Position numbers and translations under genes: made by a program. From positions 96,001 to 160,000 of the forward strand of contig CAXXJJ010000001.1 in the NCBI GenBank assembly GCA_963667015.2: a stretch of DNA of 64,000 bases, given 5' to 3'. Position 1 is the first letter of the stretch. Every line of letters starts with the position of its first letter. This stretch comes from Desulfatiglandales bacterium. Lineage in GTDB: Bacteria > Desulfobacterota > DSM-4660 > Desulfatiglandales > HGW-15. Shown one piece after another: positions 1-10,648 of the stretch. The notes under the pieces are model-generated. The model was not told the DNA's origin and searched no databases. It saw only the letters and a list, made by a program, of their open reading frames with translations.

Positions 1-1
1 T

Positions 2-1432
2 GCCACTATCTGGGGATCCATATGGAGCTATACAGCGTTTTCACTTGGTAAATTCGCTGTTTTTTTGACAACTGTTATTCTTGCCCGAATCCTGCAACCG
101 GAGGATTTCGGGTTAATGGCCATGGCCCTGGTTGTGATCAATTTTCTAAAAAGGATTCAGAATCTTGGGGTCGGGGATGCATTTATCTATCATCAGGACC
201 AATCTGGCATATTTGCAAACACCGCATTTCTAATCAGTATCTTAGCGGGCGGACTCTTTTCAATCCTGGTATTTTTTTCTGCTCCGGTAGTCGCAGCTTT
301 TTTTCATGAACCAAAAGCAGTACCGGTAATTCAGGTTCTGTCCGTGTGGTTTATTATTATCAACCTGGGCGCCATTCATGAGTCCACACTCAGAAAAGCA
401 ATGAATTTCCGTAAACGGTTTTTTCCCCAGCTTGCCCAATCCTTTTCAAAAGGCGGATGTGCCATTGCTCTGGCTTTCCTTGGGTTCGGTGTCTGGAGCC
501 TTGTAATTGGTCAACTGGCCGGTGAAATTACTGCAACCGTTATGTTATGGATCATTTTGACCTGGCGACCGAAGCTGCAATTCAATTTAGGTGCTGCACA
601 GGCCCTTATCGGATACGGCACCCGGACAATCCTGATGAAGTTCCTGCAGGGTATTTTCAAAAATATAGACTACCTTTTTATCGGTCGTCGGATGGATGCC
701 ACGCAGCTTGGACTCTATACTATTGCCTTTCGGCTACCGGATATAGTGATCCAGGGCATTCAATCTGCTCTTACACCGGTCATTTTTTCAGCATATGTTA
801 AAGTACAGGATGACATGGCTGTTCTTAAGCGGGGCTTTTTAAAGACATTAAATTTTGTATCTGTTTTCAGCATGCCCATCAGCCTGGGAATGTATATAAT
901 TGCACCGGAGTTTGTGGAGGTCTTTTATACAAATCGCTGGGAACCTGTAGTTCCTGTTATGCGTGCCCTGTCTGTTTATGCGATTATCAATACCTTTGAT
1001 TCTCAGGCCAGTATTATTTACAGGGCAACAGATAAGATAACACTTGCCAATAAAATTGAATTCTTCAAAATGATAAGTGCAGTACCTGTTTTATGGATCG
1101 CTGCAGGATACAGTATCCTTATTGTGTCGATTGTCCAGATTATACTGGCCCTGATAACAGCTGTTATTCAGGTTTACATGATTAGCCGTATTCTTGGTAT
1201 TGGATATACAGACATCCTTAAAAGCCTGAAACCCTGTATCACAGCGGCTGCAGTGATGATAGCCGGCATCTGGTTATTAAACTTCTGGATCATTCCTTTT
1301 CCCGCAATAGCCAGAATGGCCATAGTCATTGCATGGGGGAGCATACTCTATGCCGGTGCATTAAGGATGATTAGCCCCGACATTTTCCAGCAACTTGTAG
1401 ATATTTTAAAAAAACGGAAACAGGCATCATGA
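2..1432 (+). CDS. Wzx-type polysaccharide flippase (PST family), 5' end outside window
   Basis: Multi-TM protein with 'LARILQPEDFGL' and 'QLGLYTIAFRL' motifs; frame is open back to position 2. Confidence 0.9.
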   Translation, partial: ATIWGSIWSYTAFSLGKFAVFLTTVILARILQPEDFGLMAMALVVINFLKRIQNLGVGDAFIYHQDQSGIFANTAFLISILAGGLFSILVFFSAPVVAAFFHEPKAVPVIQVLSVWFIIINLGAIHESTLRKAMNFRKRFFPQLAQSFSKGGCAIALAFLGFGVWSLVIGQLAGEITATVMLWIILTWRPKLQFNLGAAQALIGYGTRTILMKFLQGIFKNIDYLFIGRRMDATQLGLYTIAFRLPDIVIQGIQSALTPVIFSAYVKVQDDMAVLKRGFLKTLNFVSVFSMPISLGMYIIAPEFVEVFYTNRWEPVVPVMRALSVYAIINTFDSQASIIYRATDKITLANKIEFFKMISAVPVLWIAAGYSILIVSIVQIILALITAVIQVYMISRILGIGYTDILKSLKPCITAAAVMIAGIWLLNFWIIPFPAIARMAIVIAWGSILYAGALRMISPDIFQQLVDILKKRKQAS

Positions 1433-2586
1433 CAGATTCAATCCGGGTTGCAATGATTATTCACAACTATTTTCCCGTGATCGGCGGCGCTGAACGGGTG
1501 CTGGCGGCATTGAGTCCGGAATTAAAGAAAAATAACATTGATGTGCATATATTAACACGACGACTACCGGGCACCCCGGCGTTTGAACTAATTTCAGGTA
1601 TCCCGGTATACCGGCTGCCTGCAAAGGGCCCAAAGGCATTTGCCTCACTGTCCTTTACAATGTCAGCACTGTGGAAAATAAAAAAAATGCGGCCGGATAT
1701 TGTTCACTGCCACATCATGTTTTCACCAGCAAACATTGGCCTGATTGCAAGATGGCTCTTAAAGATACCCTTTGTGATTACAGTCCACAGGAGCGGCCCG
1801 GCACCACTGGGTGAAACTGAACGACTAAAGCAATTATTCCTGGGGAAGTTCAGGCTGGCTCTTTTCCGTAAATTTGCAAAAAGATTCATTGTTATCTCCA
1901 GTGAAATAGACACTGAACTGGCTGCTGAAGGCATCCATGAAACCCGGAGAATACTCATTCCAAATGCTGTTGATACAGACTCATTTTACCCCCTGTCACC
2001 TGAAGACAAACATTCGCTGCGACAGAAGCTTGGACTAGACAGCAGTCGGATTGCTGTTTTTACGGGAAGACTCAGCCCCGAAAAACAGGTGCATATACTG
2101 TTATCCATCTGGCCGGAGATACGAAAATCAATTCCTGGCGCATTACTGCTTATAGTGGGAGATGGGTCCGAGTTGGAAAAACTAAAAAACAAAGCCCCGA
2201 ATGGTGTACAGTTTACAGGAGCAATTGCAGATGTCCGCCCCTTTTTACAGGCCGCAGATGTTTTTGTACTGCCGTCTGCTGCAGAAGGATTGTCTATAGC
2301 CATGCTCGAAGCAATGGCTTCAGAGTTGCCGCCTGTTGTAACAAACCTGGCAGGAGCAAAAGATGTAATTACGCACAAGATAAACGGATGGCTTATTCCC
2401 CCTGATGATGTCCAAGTGCTGCAACAAGGTCTTGTTACACTCTTTAATGATGATAAACTCAGAGACAGCATTGGGAAACAGGCACGCAGTGATGTCCAAA
2501 AGTACTACAGTCTCGGAGCAATAGAAAAGCAGCTACGAAATTTATATCTCAGTATTATAAAGAGAAAACCCATATCAGGAACATAA
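1429..2586 (+). CDS. GT4 glycosyltransferase
   Basis: GGAE N-terminal motif; 'EGLSIAMLEAMA' EX7E motif. Confidence 0.92.
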   Translation: MTDSIRVAMIIHNYFPVIGGAERVLAALSPELKKNNIDVHILTRRLPGTPAFELISGIPVYRLPAKGPKAFASLSFTMSALWKIKKMRPDIVHCHIMFSPANIGLIARWLLKIPFVITVHRSGPAPLGETERLKQLFLGKFRLALFRKFAKRFIVISSEIDTELAAEGIHETRRILIPNAVDTDSFYPLSPEDKHSLRQKLGLDSSRIAVFTGRLSPEKQVHILLSIWPEIRKSIPGALLLIVGDGSELEKLKNKAPNGVQFTGAIADVRPFLQAADVFVLPSAAEGLSIAMLEAMASELPPVVTNLAGAKDVITHKINGWLIPPDDVQVLQQGLVTLFNDDKLRDSIGKQARSDVQKYYSLGAIEKQLRNLYLSIIKRKPISGT

Positions 2587-2599
2587 AGAGATTGATTGT

Positions 2600-3493
2600 A
2601 TGAAATCTATTTTACTGAACATTTTTGCCTCTGTATTTTCGTTCCTTGACCGGCGCTGGAGGCGCCAGGCAATATGGATCGGTACCGGGCCAATGATCAT
2701 CGGGTTGATCAGCAAGAGCATAACTGCAGCCATTATTCTGTTGATTCCTGCAACATTAATTTACCTGCTATGGATAACACTGGGAACCCGGATACTGACA
2801 GAAAAGCGAACAAAATCATTGCTGCGGGATGCTGCTTTCGACAGGACAATAGACCTTCCAGATGTATCAGTGAATCAGAATTTTAAAAATTCCGAATCAC
2901 TTCTGGGAATTTATACAAAAGCTGGTTATATGACGAAACATGCAGAAGAACCTCCTGCATTTCAAGGTGTGCCTGCCTTCTTCAGAAGACTCTCCCTTGA
3001 TACCAGATTCCAGGTTGCACTGGTGGAGATTCGGGGTAAAAAACTCATCAGGAAACAGTATACCTCCTCTGATTACAAATTCTTTCAGGCATTGAGAAAT
3101 GACATCATAGTCAGAAAGCTTGGTATTGCACCGCAACTCAAATATATTAGTGTGCCTGACAGGAGCACCTGGACAGAGTATGTGGATGGACAAAGCCTGC
3201 ATCATTTATGTACAGAGGACCTGATCACCCATACGGAAAAATCAGAGTTTGCTGAAAAACTGATTGAATATATGAATTTATTGCATCAGCTTGGACTTTG
3301 CAACCTGGACCTGCATCGCGGAAATATAATTGTAAGACATCATGACAACAAGGCAATGCTGGTTGACATTGATGAGGCTAAACAATACCCTTTAAACAGC
3401 TTTATATACCAATTGTACTGTATTAGAGATCAAAAAAGAGTTGTCAGACAAGTGAATCTAATCACCGGTAGCAACACAATAAAAGGTAATTAA
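2600..3493 (+). CDS. Membrane-anchored kinase-like protein (Kdo/WaaP/RIO-like fold)
   Basis: N-terminal hydrophobic segments; catalytic loop 'DLHRGNI' and 'LVDID'. Confidence 0.65.
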   Translation: MKSILLNIFASVFSFLDRRWRRQAIWIGTGPMIIGLISKSITAAIILLIPATLIYLLWITLGTRILTEKRTKSLLRDAAFDRTIDLPDVSVNQNFKNSESLLGIYTKAGYMTKHAEEPPAFQGVPAFFRRLSLDTRFQVALVEIRGKKLIRKQYTSSDYKFFQALRNDIIVRKLGIAPQLKYISVPDRSTWTEYVDGQSLHHLCTEDLITHTEKSEFAEKLIEYMNLLHQLGLCNLDLHRGNIIVRHHDNKAMLVDIDEAKQYPLNSFIYQLYCIRDQKRVVRQVNLITGSNTIKGN

Positions 3494-3495
3494 AC

Positions 3496-4668
3496 ATGCT
3501 TCTCTGGCTTTGTATCGGAATTATATTATATGTCTATGCAGGATACCCGACATTGTTGTTTCTTATTTCAAGAGTAAAGGCCTATCCTGAGTCATATGCT
3601 TTTACAGAACCTTCTGTCACCCTGCTGATTGCAGCCTTTAACGAAGCAGTAACAATCAAGAAAAAAATAGAAAACAGTCTTAAAATCGATTATCCGCGGG
3701 AAAAACTTCAGATTATCGTGGTGGCGGATGGTTCGAATGACGGGACAGATGACATCGTCAGACAATATGAGAATGAAGGGATTGATCTGATGTATGACCC
3801 TGTTCGCTCCGGTAAAATGGCAGCCATTAATCGCGCCATACCCGGGGCAAAGGGGAAAATAGTGGTTTTTTCAGATGCCAATAATATGTTCGATCCGGAG
3901 GCAATCCGCAAACTGGCTGCTCCATTATCTGATCTTGAAGTGGGGTGTGCAACAGGCAAAAAAATTATTTTAAAGGGCGATGGGCTTCTTGGAACATCTG
4001 AAGGCCTGTACTGGAAATATGAATCCTTCATCCGGAAACATGAGACAGTCACAGGTAGTTGTACGGGTGTCAACGGCGAGATCATGGCCATCAGGCGTGA
4101 TTTATTTGAAGCACCGCCGGCAAATATTATAAATGATGATTTTTACATGGCATTACAGATTATTAAGAAAGGTTTTCGCGTTGTATATGTTCCGGAAGCA
4201 CGATCCTATGAACGGATATCTGAAAGTACAGCGGATGAGGTTGAACGCCGGGCACGCATTGTTGCGGGCCGTTATCAGATTATGACATCGGGTTGGCGCC
4301 TTATGCCCATAAAAAGGCCCTTAATTCTATGGCAGATTATCTCCCACAAATTTCTGCGGCCCTTTATACCTTTTGTTATGATTCTTGCTCTCATTGTAAA
4401 TATTATCGCTGTACTGCCCGGTGTCTCATACAGTTCTTTTCTCTGGAATATAGTATTTCCGATAAACTGGATATTGTTGATTTGTCAGTGTCTGTTTTAC
4501 TTTGTGGCATTTATCGGTAATCATGTTAAGCTTAAGGGATTTACAGGCAAACTATTGTATGTGCCAACGTTTCTGTTTAACAGCAACTTTGCCGCGATTA
4601 CCGGACTCTATAGGTTTATTTTTGGAAAACAGAGTGTCACCTGGAAACAGGCACCTCGACAGGATTAA
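3496..4668 (+). CDS. GT2 glycosyltransferase (CESA-like/IcaA-like)
   Basis: 'AAFNE', 'DGSND', 'SDAN', 'NDD' and 'RRARI' motifs; C-terminal TMs. Confidence 0.9.
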   Translation: MLLWLCIGIILYVYAGYPTLLFLISRVKAYPESYAFTEPSVTLLIAAFNEAVTIKKKIENSLKIDYPREKLQIIVVADGSNDGTDDIVRQYENEGIDLMYDPVRSGKMAAINRAIPGAKGKIVVFSDANNMFDPEAIRKLAAPLSDLEVGCATGKKIILKGDGLLGTSEGLYWKYESFIRKHETVTGSCTGVNGEIMAIRRDLFEAPPANIINDDFYMALQIIKKGFRVVYVPEARSYERISESTADEVERRARIVAGRYQIMTSGWRLMPIKRPLILWQIISHKFLRPFIPFVMILALIVNIIAVLPGVSYSSFLWNIVFPINWILLICQCLFYFVAFIGNHVKLKGFTGKLLYVPTFLFNSNFAAITGLYRFIFGKQSVTWKQAPRQD

Positions 4669-4732
4669 AAAACAGGTATCACAAATTATTTTATAGGAAT
4701 GCCATGTTAACATATATACAGGATTTTCAAGT

Positions 4733-5827
4733 ATGAGAATTCTTCAGCTGACAGGAATGACCAGCACCCATTACGGTGCAAAGGAGAATTATTTTGTGGA
4801 ATTTTCTAGGGCATGTCAACAAAAAGGTGCGCAGTGCGTTCTTCAGTTTGAAGATTTACCCCGAAGTCAGGAGTATCTGGAAGATCTTAAAAACGCAGGT
4901 GTAAAGGTTGTTACCCTGAATACAGGCGCTAATTTCCTGATGACTATTCTGAAAATTGCACGGTTAATTTATACCCTGCGACCTGAGATTATTGAGACCC
5001 ATTTTGTCAACCGGATGATCCGTATCCTTGTACCTGTTGTTGCTCGGTCACTGGGCACCCGAAAATGCGTTGCTTTTGTGAGGAACATGCCGCGCCGTCG
5101 CAAGCTGTTTTTCAGGCAATGCTTCAATCAGTATGATCTTGTATTTACAGTTTCCAGGGCTGTTGCAGATTATATTACCCGTATAGGTGTCCGTCATGAA
5201 ATAGTTCATCCACACTACTGGGGGCTTTTAGGTGAGCGGGAAAATTCTTTAAAACTCAGGTCCAGATTCCGGAAAGAACTCGGCATACCCGGAGATGCTG
5301 TTGTTATCAGTATCATCGCCTTTGATACACCATTCAAGGGCCTTGATGTTTTATTGGACGCGTTCTCACGCATTACAAAAAATTATCCTGAAGCTCATTT
5401 ACTTGTGATAGGTGTGGAGCCTGAAAAATCTAATTTACCGGAAATGGCAGTAACTCTAGGCGTTGGCATTGATAAAATTCACTGGGCAGGGATAAGGGAT
5501 GAAGGATGGAAACTGCTGAATGCAGCGGACATATATACGCAGCCCTCTATAGATTCAGAAGGGCTCCCCAATGCGGTTGTTGAGGCAATGGCAATGAAAC
5601 TGCCGACAGTCGGGACCAGGGTCAGCGGAATCCCTGAAGCTATTATTGATGGAAAAACCGGCATTCTCGTGGAGCCTGGTAATGCAGAACGCCTGGCAGA
5701 TGCATTTGAAAATCTTTTTAAAAATCCATCCTTATGGAAAACTCAGGGTGATGCCGGATATAAAAGGTATCTTGATATGTTTGATGGAAAGGTTTCGATA
5801 AATAAACTTATCGGGCACTATTTTTAA
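4733..5827 (+). CDS. GT4 glycosyltransferase
   Basis: 'KGLDVLL' and 'EGLPNAVVEAMA' motifs. Confidence 0.9.
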   Translation: MRILQLTGMTSTHYGAKENYFVEFSRACQQKGAQCVLQFEDLPRSQEYLEDLKNAGVKVVTLNTGANFLMTILKIARLIYTLRPEIIETHFVNRMIRILVPVVARSLGTRKCVAFVRNMPRRRKLFFRQCFNQYDLVFTVSRAVADYITRIGVRHEIVHPHYWGLLGERENSLKLRSRFRKELGIPGDAVVISIIAFDTPFKGLDVLLDAFSRITKNYPEAHLLVIGVEPEKSNLPEMAVTLGVGIDKIHWAGIRDEGWKLLNAADIYTQPSIDSEGLPNAVVEAMAMKLPTVGTRVSGIPEAIIDGKTGILVEPGNAERLADAFENLFKNPSLWKTQGDAGYKRYLDMFDGKVSINKLIGHYF

Positions 5828-7898
5828 ATGAAAAAATATACACTGTCTCCGGCATAAGATCTTTCTGAAAAATAAATGTCTTTCCTTTAACAGTTACCGG
5901 AGGACAATCAGGTATAGTTGAAGGTTCATTCATCGTTTCATCTAACAAGGAACCGGTTAACTGCCATACCAGGTCCTGCATCTTTTCCGGCAGGTCAACA
6001 CTTATATTGAGCCTGTTGATACGCGGAAATTTATTGACCACAATAAGTCCTGCTGTTTGCCGGTCATCACTGACTGTCAGGAGGGCATCCACTTCCGGGG
6101 AATCGGAATCCAGCACAATAACTTCATCCAGAACGGTTTTATTTATCATTGCCAGTGCATGTCCCATGGGCTTGAGTTCATATGGTGTTTTTTCAGCCTG
6201 GTAAGGTAGTGCCGGTGGGAGCATATCGGAATAAATAAGCCCTTTCATGTGACGATCATCATCCACTGTTGTAAAATAGTGAAAGGCGTTCAGACGGCCC
6301 GAAGCAAAGGCATTGCAGATTGCTCCGGTAAGCCAGAGTGCTCCAAAATGGTTGTTAACATCATATGCGCTGGAACCTGTTCCCGAACTCATACTTGTCT
6401 GGTTGATTACAATCTGCTCGACCCTGTTTCCATCAGTATCATTTTTTGCCATAATGTCTTCAGCAAGAAAAACCGCAGCTCTAAATTGCCGGGAATCGAT
6501 CAGATCGCGTTTGTCCCACAGGTCAAAGGCAATCCCGTCAACCAGTTCATCGTAACTTGCATACAGTTTTTCAGCCCAGCCTCTTCCAATGCGATTCCTT
6601 CCGCTATTTGTACTTTCAAAACCGCTGCTGCTGATGGCCATTATGTTTGAGCCCCTTACTGACCGGGGATTACCAGAAGCTTTTACACGCGTTGCCACTT
6701 CTCTCAGAAGCCCGGCATATTCAGCATAGGTAAAGGTCTTTAAATTGGGCTCATCCCATAGTGAAAACCATTGTATTCCAAGCGGGTTTTCGCTGTTAAA
6801 ATGGGTAACATAAGCCAGAACAAATTCTGCAAACTCTTTTTGTTTTTCAAGCGTAAGCGGGATGCCGAGCCAGCTGTTTTTAGAGTTGAAAATCACACTG
6901 ATCTCAGTACCCAGATCTTTCCGGAAAAATTCCATACGCTGATCTTCCCAGTTGAAGCCATTTTTTACGATGACTGAAGGATCGTCATTGTCGCCGCCCA
7001 TGGGATATTTTTCATTATAGTGTTCCCGCCACTCATGATTTGCATAGTAATTCAGGGACTTAATCCCCATATACCGGATATGCTCAAAAATTTTACTATT
7101 TTCAGACGGAAGCACACTGTATGCGCCTATAAACCCCATTGGACCTGTACGCCCAGTACCCGTAAAATCTGCATTGCCCTTTTTAAGCTCAGGCACAAAA
7201 AGATCCTCCGGATGCTGTGCAAACAGGTTCGGTATGCCATCCACCCAGAAAGATATTTTTCCTGCTTCTTTAAACTGGATATTCCATGTTCCGGGAACAG
7301 GTGAGTCTATTTTCAGGCGATCAAACCAGAGAGTTTCACGGGAATCTTTCAGGTTCAAAATGCCTTTCAGATTATTCCCAGGATCAAAAAGATAAACAGT
7401 GTCCGGTCCTTTATAATATTTCCCGCAAAGGGTAAGTGATGATGTGCCTTGTGGAACATTAAAATACAAAGGTACTTTTTGAACGTGCATGGAAAAATGG
7501 GACTTTGCAGGCTCCATTACCATTGACATATTCCCAGGTGAATCAACCCGGGCTTTTCTGTGGAAATACCCGGGGATTTCAAGCCGGTAATCTCCATCCC
7601 CTTCTGAAAAATTAAGGCCCTGGCTGCCGCCCGGGTCCCCGGGACCGATCTTTATTTTACTTAATAATTTTCCATCAGGTGCCTGAAAATAAATATGGTC
7701 TGTTGTACTGTCAGAGGCATACAGATTTTTCCAGCTTACAGTTACAGTCTCATTTGATTTTACACGCAGCCAGACAACACAATCCCTTAAATCTTTTAAT
7801 GATTTTGCAAAGCCATTTTCAGGAAAGAAAGACAGTAGTAGAAAAAAAAGGAATGAATAGCAAGTTATGTGCCTGTTAAAATATTTTGTGTTCATCAA
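5808..7898 (-). CDS. Secreted putative glycoside hydrolase (GH-A clan, GH39-like) with N-terminal beta-sandwich domains
   Basis: Signal peptide; 'WFSLWDEPN' resembles the GH39 W-N-E-P acid/base motif; last gene of the EPS operon. Confidence 0.55.
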   Translation of the reverse strand: MMNTKYFNRHITCYSFLFFLLLSFFPENGFAKSLKDLRDCVVWLRVKSNETVTVSWKNLYASDSTTDHIYFQAPDGKLLSKIKIGPGDPGGSQGLNFSEGDGDYRLEIPGYFHRKARVDSPGNMSMVMEPAKSHFSMHVQKVPLYFNVPQGTSSLTLCGKYYKGPDTVYLFDPGNNLKGILNLKDSRETLWFDRLKIDSPVPGTWNIQFKEAGKISFWVDGIPNLFAQHPEDLFVPELKKGNADFTGTGRTGPMGFIGAYSVLPSENSKIFEHIRYMGIKSLNYYANHEWREHYNEKYPMGGDNDDPSVIVKNGFNWEDQRMEFFRKDLGTEISVIFNSKNSWLGIPLTLEKQKEFAEFVLAYVTHFNSENPLGIQWFSLWDEPNLKTFTYAEYAGLLREVATRVKASGNPRSVRGSNIMAISSSGFESTNSGRNRIGRGWAEKLYASYDELVDGIAFDLWDKRDLIDSRQFRAAVFLAEDIMAKNDTDGNRVEQIVINQTSMSSGTGSSAYDVNNHFGALWLTGAICNAFASGRLNAFHYFTTVDDDRHMKGLIYSDMLPPALPYQAEKTPYELKPMGHALAMINKTVLDEVIVLDSDSPEVDALLTVSDDRQTAGLIVVNKFPRINRLNISVDLPEKMQDLVWQLTGSLLDETMNEPSTIPDCPPVTVKGKTFIFQKDLMPETVYIFSFKNSAR

Positions 7899-9178
7899 AC
7901 CGTCTCCACTGGATCAGTCTGATTCCTTTTTATATCCAAGCACTGGTCAAACAGTTTTGACAGGCGCTGTACATTTTGTTCAAGATTAAATTCTTCTAAT
8001 ACAAGCCTTCGCCCTCTGGCAGCCCTGGCCGCGGCCTCGGCAGGATCTCTATAGACTTTTTCAATTGCATCTGCCAACTGATATTTATCTGCTGCATTAA
8101 CAAGATATCCTGTATCACCCTCTTTAACCAGTTCCGGTATTCCGGAAATCGCCGAAGCAATGACCGGGAGCTCTGCAGCCATTGCTTCCATAATCGAAAC
8201 CGGCACTCCTTCCATTTTCCCGGAAGGCATAATAATACTAGGCTGAACATAGCAGTGTGCTGTCTTTAAAAGTTCTGCAACTTCCAGTTGTGTCCTGGCT
8301 CCCAGTAACACTATATGGTCTTTAAGCTTTAAATCGTCGATAAGATCCATTAAACGACTTTGTTCTTCACCACCGCCGATAATTCTTAAAAAAAATGGAA
8401 TACCTTTATCCCGCAGCAGGGCACATGCCTCAATAAGATATTTCTGTCCCTTGTATGGCTGAAGACTACCGATCGAAATCAGTTCCAGTTTTTCTCCGGT
8501 CTTATGGACTTCGGAATGCCTGCTATAGTTTTCCGGTGTTATCCCGCATCGTACAATATAAATCTTCTTTCTTACCCACTCACCAAGCTTTGTCACCAGG
8601 TATTCCCTGTTAAACTCTGAAATCGCCACAATAAATGAAGCATTGCGCATCTTGGTTTCCATCATGGCAGTATGTACAAAGATATCGTGCGCATGGACAG
8701 TCATACTGTAGGATATATTTGTAAGGCGGTGAATTACCCACGCGGCAAGCGCAGGATGAGTGGCATAATGGGCGTGGATATGAGTAATATTATCCACTTT
8801 CATTAATTCCGCTGCATAAACTGCTTTTGGAATAACCACTAATGCGCGGGTCAATAGATTGAAGCTGCCAAGGTTTTCAAAAAGGGCCTGTTTCCAGACA
8901 GCTATATATGTACCTGTTTTTATTATCAGTGTGCGAAAATTCGCTTTTATTATGGCCCATGATAGAAAGGGCAGGCGGCGTACTTTTTTCATCCATGACC
9001 GGGCTTCAGGATGAACAATGTCCAGCTGCTGAATTATAAGAGGATAAAGAGCCAGATCATATCCCTGCCTGCACAGTTCCTCCATTTCACGCAAAATAAA
9101 AACTTCCGGCAAATGCGGAAACCTTGACATCATGTAGGCAATTTTAGGTTGGGCAGGATTATCGGCCATCTCAGTCAA
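7895..9178 (-). CDS. GT4 glycosyltransferase (WcaL-like)
   Basis: 'HIHAHYA', 'HAHDIF' and 'EGVPVSIMEAMA' motifs. Confidence 0.9.
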   Translation of the reverse strand: MTEMADNPAQPKIAYMMSRFPHLPEVFILREMEELCRQGYDLALYPLIIQQLDIVHPEARSWMKKVRRLPFLSWAIIKANFRTLIIKTGTYIAVWKQALFENLGSFNLLTRALVVIPKAVYAAELMKVDNITHIHAHYATHPALAAWVIHRLTNISYSMTVHAHDIFVHTAMMETKMRNASFIVAISEFNREYLVTKLGEWVRKKIYIVRCGITPENYSRHSEVHKTGEKLELISIGSLQPYKGQKYLIEACALLRDKGIPFFLRIIGGGEEQSRLMDLIDDLKLKDHIVLLGARTQLEVAELLKTAHCYVQPSIIMPSGKMEGVPVSIMEAMAAELPVIASAISGIPELVKEGDTGYLVNAADKYQLADAIEKVYRDPAEAAARAARGRRLVLEEFNLEQNVQRLSKLFDQCLDIKRNQTDPVETV

Positions 9179-9193
9179 CAGGCTCTAAATTCA

Positions 9194-10630
9194 TCAAAGA
9201 TTTGGGTTATTTTTTTTGGGGGAAATTCGCAGACAAACCTGTGAAATGCCCAGTGAAAGCCAAAAATATTTATGAAAATTGATGGACAGAAATAAAGATG
9301 CACTCAGAATGACCCAGAAGCCAATAGAATAGGCTATAATCAGGTTTTCCATTTCAGGGTCTCCTTCCTGTCTGGAATGTTTCCAGGCACTATAAAAATT
9401 CCTTATTGCAGTAATTATCATCAGCATAAAAAAACAAAGACCGATAAGCCCTGTACCGGCCAGCACTTCCACATATGCATTATGGGCGACACGTTTCGGG
9501 GATTCATCCTCCCGGGCATATTTTACCGTCCACTTGGATTCACCATACACATCTCTAAATGTTCCGGGACCGGTTCCGAGTATTGGATGTTCCTTGAAAT
9601 TATCATAGGCAACTATCAGGTATGAAAATCTTCTGCCCACTGAAAAATCCGTTTCACGGTCTGTCATGGTTTTCTGGCGATCCCAGTAGGAATCAGGAAC
9701 AAATACAGCTATGCAGATAATAGCAACAGTTACCCCCATTAAAATAAAACCAAAAAATTTAGGTCTGAGAAAGCGTATGTACTGAATCGCTATCAGAATC
9801 AACGTCCCCAGCAAAATTACCGCACCGGTCCTTGAATATGTGTTAATGACAGCAACCATGCATAATCCGAAAAATAACATTATAATGAATTTTTTTAAAC
9901 GTGCCTTTTTTCTGTGTATTATAAAGGCAAAGATCGGTAACGCAAAGGCCATCATTATGGCAAATTCATTGGGATCCCCGGCACCGCCGGTAATCCTGCT
10001 GAATTCTGAACGGACGCTCAATAAAAAAAGCGGGCTTCGTGTAAAATATCCAAACAGCGACAGAAGTACACTGACGGATGTGGAAAAAACGATCAGGGCC
10101 GGTAACGTGTATTTGAATTCCTTTTTAGAAACAAATGCAAGTGCCATTAAGAAAAACACAAATCCGGTAATATAACGACGGAGTGTATTGTATGAATCAA
10201 AATGATACTCTGACATCATTGCTGAAACCAGACAGACAAGCCAGAATATCAGAAGCCATTTCCAGAGGTTGGATCTAAAATCATAATTGTGATCGCGATA
10301 GAGTATATAGTGAAGAATTAAAACAACCACAGTCAGGACACCTATCAATTTGGGAATAGTCAAAAACCGGTAGGTTTCAGAAAGAACGGTGAACTCGTTA
10401 AAAGGTGTCAAAAATAAAATAGCATAAAATCCGATATGTGGTTTTTTCCATATTAAAAATATAAACGGAAGGGAGAGTGCCGGAACCACGGCGAATTTGT
10501 AATTCGGGCCGGTCAGGAGCAGCATAGATACTGAAACAAGGAAAGCCATTGTTATACTCAAGCCCGGGTTGGCTAACATAAACTGTGTCAGTTTGTTATC
10601 CTTAAAATGATACAATATAAATCCTTTCAT
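9194..10630 (-). CDS. O-antigen ligase/Wzy polymerase family protein
   Basis: Multi-TM; 'DPNEFA', 'TYSRTG', 'HPILGTGPGTF' and 'AHNAY' motifs. Confidence 0.88.
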   Translation of the reverse strand: MKGFILYHFKDNKLTQFMLANPGLSITMAFLVSVSMLLLTGPNYKFAVVPALSLPFIFLIWKKPHIGFYAILFLTPFNEFTVLSETYRFLTIPKLIGVLTVVVLILHYILYRDHNYDFRSNLWKWLLIFWLVCLVSAMMSEYHFDSYNTLRRYITGFVFFLMALAFVSKKEFKYTLPALIVFSTSVSVLLSLFGYFTRSPLFLLSVRSEFSRITGGAGDPNEFAIMMAFALPIFAFIIHRKKARLKKFIIMLFFGLCMVAVINTYSRTGAVILLGTLILIAIQYIRFLRPKFFGFILMGVTVAIICIAVFVPDSYWDRQKTMTDRETDFSVGRRFSYLIVAYDNFKEHPILGTGPGTFRDVYGESKWTVKYAREDESPKRVAHNAYVEVLAGTGLIGLCFFMLMIITAIRNFYSAWKHSRQEGDPEMENLIIAYSIGFWVILSASLFLSINFHKYFWLSLGISQVCLRISPKKNNPNL

Positions 10631-10648
10631 ATTGTTTACTGCAGACAG

